A stretch of 35,160 bases of DNA from Chitinophagaceae bacterium (GTDB lineage Bacteria > Bacteroidota > Bacteroidia > Chitinophagales > Chitinophagaceae), in contig JAYTTM010000061.1 in the NCBI GenBank assembly GCA_043745055.1, forward strand, positions 1 to 35,160. Reading direction: 5' to 3'. The position numbers and the translations under genes are program-made. The notes beneath the pieces were generated by a model. The model did no database searches, was not told the origin of the DNA, and worked only from the letters and a program-made list of their open reading frames with translations. The number at the start of each line of letters is the position of its first letter. The first letter of the stretch is position 1. This document shows positions 30,333-35,160 of the stretch, one piece after another.

Positions 30333-30395
30333 CCGTAGGCTTGTTACCCTACGACCATAGGCTTGTTACACTACGACCGTAGGCTTGTTACCCTA
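30333..30395. repeat. Three tandem 22-bp GTAG-type REP-like palindromes (third incomplete)
   Basis: CCGTAGGCTTGTTACCCTACGA / CCATAGGCTTGTTACACTACGA / CCGTAGGCTTGTTACCCTA; the unit folds CGTAGG against CCTACG. Confidence 0.85.
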
Positions 30396-30639
30396 TTGGC
30401 TTAAAATGGTAATAAATTGATGTTATAAAAAAGAAGATGATTACATAACCAGGCAAAAGAAAAGCAAATAAATAAGTAAAGGGTGAGTAATATACGCTCA
30501 AAATCTTTCGTATATTTAATGACATTACATGTGTCACATTAAAAAGCGCAAGTAGGCAGTTTCGTTTAATGAGTGACAAAATATAAACCTGGCTAAAAAG
30601 AATAGATTAAGGGAAAATAATTTTGGAGAAATGTGGACT

Positions 30640-30670
30640 TGCGGCTATTTTAACGTTAGCGGTAAGCGTA
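30640..30670 (+). other. Array-proximal recombination point (attI-like or secondary site)
   Basis: GTTAGCGGTAAGCGT at 30655 complements the ACGTCTAACCGCTAAC that ends cassette 1, but it is not preceded by the 180-bp element body. Confidence 0.55.
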
Positions 30671-30725
30671 TTGGACGACACAGACATATTAAACGAAAAA
30701 ATATTTACTAAAAATTGAAAAATAA

Positions 30726-31163
30726 ATGGAGCTTAAAACCATAGAACTAAATGTTGACCAGTCGAAGGAAATTTATGCCTCCACAAACTGCCAACAATTA
30801 ATCAATTCTATGAAAGGTTTATATCCAAAAATTGGCTTCAACAAACCTTGGGTTGGGTATTTCGCTTTTAATCATAATCAAGTTGTTGGAACTGGAGGTT
30901 TCACAGGACAACCCAAAGGCGGAAAAGTTGAAATAGCATACTGGACATTTAAAGAATTTGAAGGTCAAGGAATTGCTTCTTTTGTCTGTAAGCAACTTAT
31001 TACAATTGCCAAAGCAACTGACCCTGACATTATAATAACAGCTACAACTGCACCGGAAAATAACGCTTCAACAAAAATTTTACAGAATAACAGATTTACA
31101 TTTACCGAAATAGTGAAAGATGACGAAATTGGCGATGCTTGGTTATGGACACTTGACAAATGA
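30726..31163 (+). CDS. GNAT/RimJ-type N-acetyltransferase (cassette 1)
   Basis: VGTGGF...VEIAYWTF..FEGQGIAS...NNASTKILQNNRF motifs. Confidence 0.88.
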   Translation: MELKTIELNVDQSKEIYASTNCQQLINSMKGLYPKIGFNKPWVGYFAFNHNQVVGTGGFTGQPKGGKVEIAYWTFKEFEGQGIASFVCKQLITIAKATDPDIIITATTAPENNASTKILQNNRFTFTEIVKDDEIGDAWLWTLDK

Positions 31164-31214
31164 AAATAAAAACTTTGAATTGACACAAAGATTGATGAAC
31201 GAGAAGAACGTCTA

Positions 31215-31420
31215 ACCGCTAACAAAGGTATTGCTGCAAGCAGGGCACGTTGTTATCTTCGGCTGCGGTTAGCTATCAGCATCGGTTGGGGCAGAATCAG
31301 CACCTTTGGGCTTTTGTTTGTAATCTTTTTATTTTTATATTTTTATTCATCAGCGGTTGGGGGCAGACACAGCAATTAATTCCCTGCCTGCAGCAATACC
31401 CAATCGATGTGCGATATACT
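31215..31420 (+). repeat. attC-like element 1
   Basis: ACCGCTAAC core; arms GGTATTGCTGCAAGCAGGG (31227-31245) and CCCTGCCTGCAGCAATACC (31382-31400) pair at 18/19; the right core reads GATGTG at 31406. Confidence 0.8.
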
Positions 31421-31464
31421 AAAAGATAGTTTAGGTTTGACAACTAAATTATTAAAAAAACATT

Positions 31465-32346
31465 TTGAAAAACTTACTCTTTTTAGCATTGCTATTTTCT
31501 GCCTGCAAGCGAAACGATACGCCAGTTTACCAAACTCCTACATTTGAATTTGCACAACCAACCAAGGTTAACATTCAAGGATATAGCGGTAATATCATGG
31601 AGCCGTTTCTTTCAAGAGACGGAAATATTTTATTGTTTAATAATCTCAATGCAGCTCCTGAAAATACAAATCTTCATTGGGCAACTAAAATCAATGATAC
31701 AATTTTTCAATATAAGGGTGAAATTGCAGGAGTAAATACATCGGATTTAGAAGGTGTGCCAACCTTAGACAACACAGGAAATTTATATTTTGTTTCGCTT
31801 CGTAGTTATGCATCTACCCTTTCTACACTGTATCAGTGCAATTTTTCTAATGGTACAGCAACAAATATTCAATTAGTTACAGGAGTTAGTAAATTACAGG
31901 CAGGTTGGCTAAATTATGACATAGAAGTAAGTGCGGACGGGCAAAATATTTATTTTGTAGATGCACAATTTGATCAGACAAATAATCCTGCATCAGCCGA
32001 AATAATTATTGCAGAAAAAAATGTGTCAGGTTTTCAAAGATTGTCAAATAGTGCCGAAATAATGAAAAACATCAATACAAATGCACTTGAATATGCAGCT
32101 TGCATTTCTGTGGATCAACTTGAATTATATTTTACAAGATTAGCAATACCTTTTAATGCCACTTCGTCTCCAGAAATTTTAGTTTCAACAAGGAAAAATA
32201 AGAATGAACCATTCAGCAGCCCCCTAAAAATTGCAAGTATTACGGGCTTTGTAGAAGCCCCTACTATTGCACCAGACCAAAGGACTATCTATTATCATAA
32301 GAAAGAAAATAATAAATTTGTACTTTATTTAATCAGAAAGAAATAA
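31465..32346 (+). CDS. Lipoprotein with TolB/PD40-like beta-propeller repeats (cassette 2)
   Basis: TTG start, lipobox LFSAC, repeated P.LS.DG..L.F-type blades (PFLSRDG, VSADG, ISVDQLELYF, PTIAPDQRTIYY). Confidence 0.75.
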   Translation: MKNLLFLALLFSACKRNDTPVYQTPTFEFAQPTKVNIQGYSGNIMEPFLSRDGNILLFNNLNAAPENTNLHWATKINDTIFQYKGEIAGVNTSDLEGVPTLDNTGNLYFVSLRSYASTLSTLYQCNFSNGTATNIQLVTGVSKLQAGWLNYDIEVSADGQNIYFVDAQFDQTNNPASAEIIIAEKNVSGFQRLSNSAEIMKNINTNALEYAACISVDQLELYFTRLAIPFNATSSPEILVSTRKNKNEPFSSPLKIASITGFVEAPTIAPDQRTIYYHKKENNKFVLYLIRKK

Positions 32347-32350
32347 TGCC

Positions 32351-32559
32351 AGTACATCGCACAACATGGGGTTTTGCAATTTTGGGGCAGCGTTGTAATT
32401 TTCATCATTAGCAATATGGCAGCAGTTGTTCGGGCACAAGCATCGCTGGGCTTTTGTTCGTTAACTTGTACTTTATATTTTCAATTTAGCTTTGGTTCAG
32501 GGCAGGATCAGCATCAAATTCACTAACCTTCGGCAATGCAAAACGTTGTGTCCTATACT
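32351..32559 (+). repeat. attC-like element 2
   Basis: Begins 4 nt after the stop with AGTACATCGCACAAC and ends GTTGTGTCCTATACT (G at 32545). Shares the internal GGGCTTTTGTT...TTTATATTTTCAAT...GGGCAG...CAGCA body. Confidence 0.75.
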
Positions 32560-32624
32560 ATTTTACGCCGATTCCCTGCAAATCAGACATGAAATAATAT
32601 AATTGTAAATACTTTTGATAATAA

Positions 32625-33272
32625 ATGAGAAATATAAAAGCCATAATTTTTGACCTTGACGGAACTTTAGCTAACACATTACCTCTTTGCATTCAGGCAT
32701 TCCGGCAATCTGTTGAACCTCTTATTAACCGTTCTATTTCTGACTCTGAAATTATTGCAACGTTTGGACCTTCAGAAGAAGGAACAATAATGGCATTAGC
32801 ACCTAGTCATTATGAAAAAGGAGTTTTAGACTACCTGCATTTCTATGAAAGTTTACATGAAATGTGTCCTGTTCCTTTTGAAGGGATTAAAGAAATTTTG
32901 GAGACTTTAAAAACCAAAAAAATTCATATTTCAATGGTAACGGGTAAAGGAAAATATAGCACAAACATTTCTTTAAAATATTTTGAGCTTACTCATTTTT
33001 TTGAAATCATTGAGACTGGTTCGCCTAATGGCGCAAGAAAGGAAGAAGGCATTAAGACTATTTTAAAAACATTAGGAAACGTAAACTGTAATGAAGTAGT
33101 CTACATTGGAGATGCTGCCAGTGACATTATTGCGAGTAGAGAAGCTGGAGTTTCAGTTGTTGCAGCAGCATGGGCAGACACTGCTGAACCCGAAAAATTA
33201 AAAGAGCTAAAACCAGATCAATTGTTTTACACTATTAAAGATTTTTCAAATTGGTTGTCTGACAAAATATGA
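32625..33272 (+). CDS. HAD-family hydrolase, phosphoglycolate phosphatase-like (cassette 3)
   Basis: IIFDLDGTL motif I, VTGK motif II, YIGDAASDI motif IV. Confidence 0.9.
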   Translation: MRNIKAIIFDLDGTLANTLPLCIQAFRQSVEPLINRSISDSEIIATFGPSEEGTIMALAPSHYEKGVLDYLHFYESLHEMCPVPFEGIKEILETLKTKKIHISMVTGKGKYSTNISLKYFELTHFFEIIETGSPNGARKEEGIKTILKTLGNVNCNEVVYIGDAASDIIASREAGVSVVAAAWADTAEPEKLKELKPDQLFYTIKDFSNWLSDKI

Positions 33273-33295
33273 ACAGTCATCATATGCACGAGAGA

Positions 33296-33506
33296 AGTAA
33301 AGCACACAACAAAAGTATTTGCAAAAGCAGGGCTGGACAATGTAACATCACCTATGTGCAAGCATCATCAGTGGTTCGGACTCGACGTTCAATATCCAGC
33401 TTTAGTTGTTAACTTCAACTTTATATTTTCAATTGGGCATTAGTACCGGGCAGATACAGCAATGAATTCCCTGCCTGCAGCAATACCCGATTGTTATGTG
33501 CACCCT
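33296..33506 (+). repeat. attC-like element 3
   Basis: AGTAAAGCACACAAC ... CAGCAATGAATTCCCTGCCTGCAGCAATACCCGATT-GTTATGTGCACCCT (G at 33493). Confidence 0.8.
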
Positions 33507-33613
33507 ATCGCACAGTCTTCAGCTTCGGCGGAAAGACCAATAACATAAAAAAAACGTAACACTAAAAATTATGCAAAGCCATAATAATTTTGTAAAAAAT
33601 AAAATAAAAACAA

Positions 33614-33958
33614 ATGACTAATTATTCTATCATCGCTCAAGTTATTGTTGCTTTGTCAATAGCATATGTTTGGATATTTCATTTTGATAATATCGTTAAG
33701 GAATTTAAACAATATGGCTTAAGTGATTTAACCCGTACCATAGTAGGTTCTTCTAAAATAGCTTTATCAACATTGTTGGTTGCAGGTATTTGGTATCCGG
33801 ATTTGGTACTTATACCGGCATTACTTATCGCATTTCTTATGTTATCAGCACAATTTTTCCATTTTAAAGTGGGTAATCCATGGCAGAAACATATGCCATC
33901 TTTATTCCTACTAATATTAAGTCTTTTCATAATAGCTGTATCACTAAAATTAATATAA
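33614..33958 (+). CDS. DoxX-like membrane protein (cassette 4, gene 1)
   Basis: Four hydrophobic segments; EFKQYGL...VG..KI and LMLSAQFFHFKV motifs. Confidence 0.75.
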   Translation: MTNYSIIAQVIVALSIAYVWIFHFDNIVKEFKQYGLSDLTRTIVGSSKIALSTLLVAGIWYPDLVLIPALLIAFLMLSAQFFHFKVGNPWQKHMPSLFLLILSLFIIAVSLKLI

Positions 33959-33960
33959 AA

Positions 33961-34305
33961 ATGAACGTAGTTACTGTGCTGATTTTAATTTCAAGTCTGT
34001 CTTTTTTGGGTTATGGAATAGCATATTTTATATCACCACAAATTAAAAATGAATTCAAACGGTTTGGGCTTGAGAAAGTAGGAACACTTATCGCAGTTTT
34101 AGAATTATTGGGCGCAGTGGGTTTGCTGGTAGGTTTAAAGATTCAACTTATTTTATTGATTTCTGCAGGAGGCCTGGCGATATTAATGTTTTTAGGTGTT
34201 GCAATCAGGATAAAAGTTAAAGACAGCCTTTGGATATCATTGCCTGCCTTGTTTTTTATGATATTAAATTCATGTATTTTTTTGATGTCGCTGCGTTATA
34301 CTTAA
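33961..34305 (+). CDS. DoxX-like membrane protein (cassette 4, gene 2)
   Basis: Start ATG 33961 (MNVVTVL); EFKRFGL...LELLGAVGLLVG...LMFLGVAIRIKVKD; paralogous to the upstream gene. Confidence 0.78.
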   Translation: MNVVTVLILISSLSFLGYGIAYFISPQIKNEFKRFGLEKVGTLIAVLELLGAVGLLVGLKIQLILLISAGGLAILMFLGVAIRIKVKDSLWISLPALFFMILNSCIFLMSLRYT

Positions 34306-34436
34306 TAATCTATTTGTGCAATTCTATGGCTGGTTATTTAGAAAAAAACTACTGCTAAAATATAATTGTAAGTTTATTTTATCTCGTATTAACATAGTGC
34401 ATTTAAGTGATTGATAATTTTTAAATTAATAACGTA

Positions 34437-34622
34437 ATGTTTAAAAAATTTACAACAACTGATAAATTATTATTTATCGCAGCATTTCTTTCGCTTATTT
34501 TTTCAGAAATATTATATTTCAAGGGAGAAGCCAACGTCGCCATATTTATTGGTATTTGGGTACCCTCTATATTGGCTTTCGGAATTTATTTAAGACTTAT
34601 AAGCAACAGTAAAAATGACTGA
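34437..34622 (+). CDS. Small two-TM membrane protein (cassette 4, gene 3)
   Basis: 61 aa, hydrophobic, AIFIGIWVPSILAFG motif. Confidence 0.7.
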   Translation: MFKKFTTTDKLLFIAAFLSLIFSEILYFKGEANVAIFIGIWVPSILAFGIYLRLISNSKND

Positions 34623-34713
34623 AATAATACCATATTTCGCAGGCCTGATTACATTATTATTCGCAACAGGCTTTTTATTGGCGTTAAGAGAAATGAGAAA
34701 ACAAAAACTCTGA
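34615..34713 (+). CDS. 32-aa single-TM microprotein (cassette 4, gene 4)
   Basis: Read by hand: MTEIIPYFAGLITLLFATGFLLALREMRKQKL*. The ATG overlaps the previous gene's end (ATGACTGA). Confidence 0.6.
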   Translation: MTEIIPYFAGLITLLFATGFLLALREMRKQKL

Positions 34714-34807
34714 ATGCTCATCTGGTTAAGGCAATTATTTAATCTGCATAGGCAACACAAAATGCGATTACTTCAATTTATCAGAACCATCACAAAACTG
34801 AAAGAAA

Positions 34808-35019
34808 AGGGCATGCACATAACAGGCGGTTTGGCAATATGGTGGCACGTTGTTAGGGTCGGCATTTTATCGCTATCAGCAGCGGTTTAGGCGGAAGGAT
34901 TTCTGTTGTGCTTTTAGTTGTTACCTTATACTTTAATTTTTCAATCGGTTTCAGTTCCGGGGCTTCACCAGCAATGAATCCCCTGCCTGCAGCAATACCA
35001 AATCGTTGTGTGCAAGCGT
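34808..35019 (+). repeat. attC-like element 4
   Basis: AGGGCATGCACATAAC ... CAGCAATGAATCCCCTGCCTGCAGCAATACCAAATC-GTTGTGTGCAAGCGT (G at 35005). Confidence 0.8.
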
Positions 35020-35070
35020 AGCGGATGCCCTAAGTAACCTCAACATTCTTTATATTCGCACTCAAAAATT

Positions 35071-35160
35071 ATGGCGTTAAGTTGGAATGAAATAAAAGAT
35101 AGAGCCTTAAACTTTTCAAAAGAATGGGCAGACACTTCCAACGAAGAAGCAGACGCAAAA
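35071..35160 (+). CDS. N-terminus of a probable MmeI-like (Type IIL) restriction-modification enzyme / DNA methyltransferase (cassette 5, partial)
   Basis: MALSWNEIKDRALNFSKEWADTSNEEADAK resembles the N-terminus of MmeI/YeeA-family proteins. Only 30 codons are visible. Confidence 0.65.
   Translation, partial: MALSWNEIKDRALNFSKEWADTSNEEADAK

Larger units (their letters stand above)
30655..35160 (+). mobile_element. Integron-like gene-cassette array (at least 5 cassettes; no integrase in window)
   Basis: Unrelated co-oriented genes separated by four homologous AAC...GTT palindromic elements. Each cassette's 5' GTT-core sequence is the reverse complement of its own 3' AAC-core sequence. Confidence 0.8.

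Noticed and set aside
30333-30395. CRISPR array
   Set aside because: The units are directly adjacent with no spacers, and no cas genes are present.
32450-32486. Outward promoter inside the element body (TTTG...TATATTTTC)
   Set aside because: The -7 match is imperfect and the spacing is off consensus; not supportable without TSS data.
33880-33960. Extended N-terminus of the second DoxX ORF given in the ORF track
   Set aside because: It overlaps the upstream gene. ATG 33961 follows an A-rich leader and gives a length equal to the paralog.
31215-35019. Intergenic elements read as IS/MITE copies or simple terminators
   Set aside because: There are no target-site duplications or transposase, polarity relative to genes is strict, and end complementarity follows the cassette rather than the element.

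Overview
AT-rich bacterial DNA whose gene content and repeats point to Bacteroidota, probably Chitinophagaceae-like (inference). Bases 1-11 kb are largely core genome: a TolC/HlyD/ABC exporter operon, and topoisomerase IV parE and parC separated by three small genes and several short repeats. Bases 11.4-17 kb hold secreted and lipoprotein genes, including a vanadium-haloperoxidase-family lipoprotein. Bases 17-28.7 kb hold two large paralogous multi-PAS histidine kinases, a stand-alone receiver protein and a decayed third kinase. The main observation lies from 30.65 kb to the window end. It is an integron-like gene-cassette array of unrelated, co-oriented genes: a GNAT, a beta-propeller lipoprotein, a HAD hydrolase, a DoxX-like membrane module and the start of an MmeI-like restriction-modification enzyme. 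Four related ~205-212 bp palindromic elements, each running from an AAC core to a GTT core, separate these genes. The two ends of each cassette are reverse complements of each other, the footprint expected of circular cassettes integrated at a GTT core. The elements are longer than canonical attC sites and no integrase is encoded in the window.
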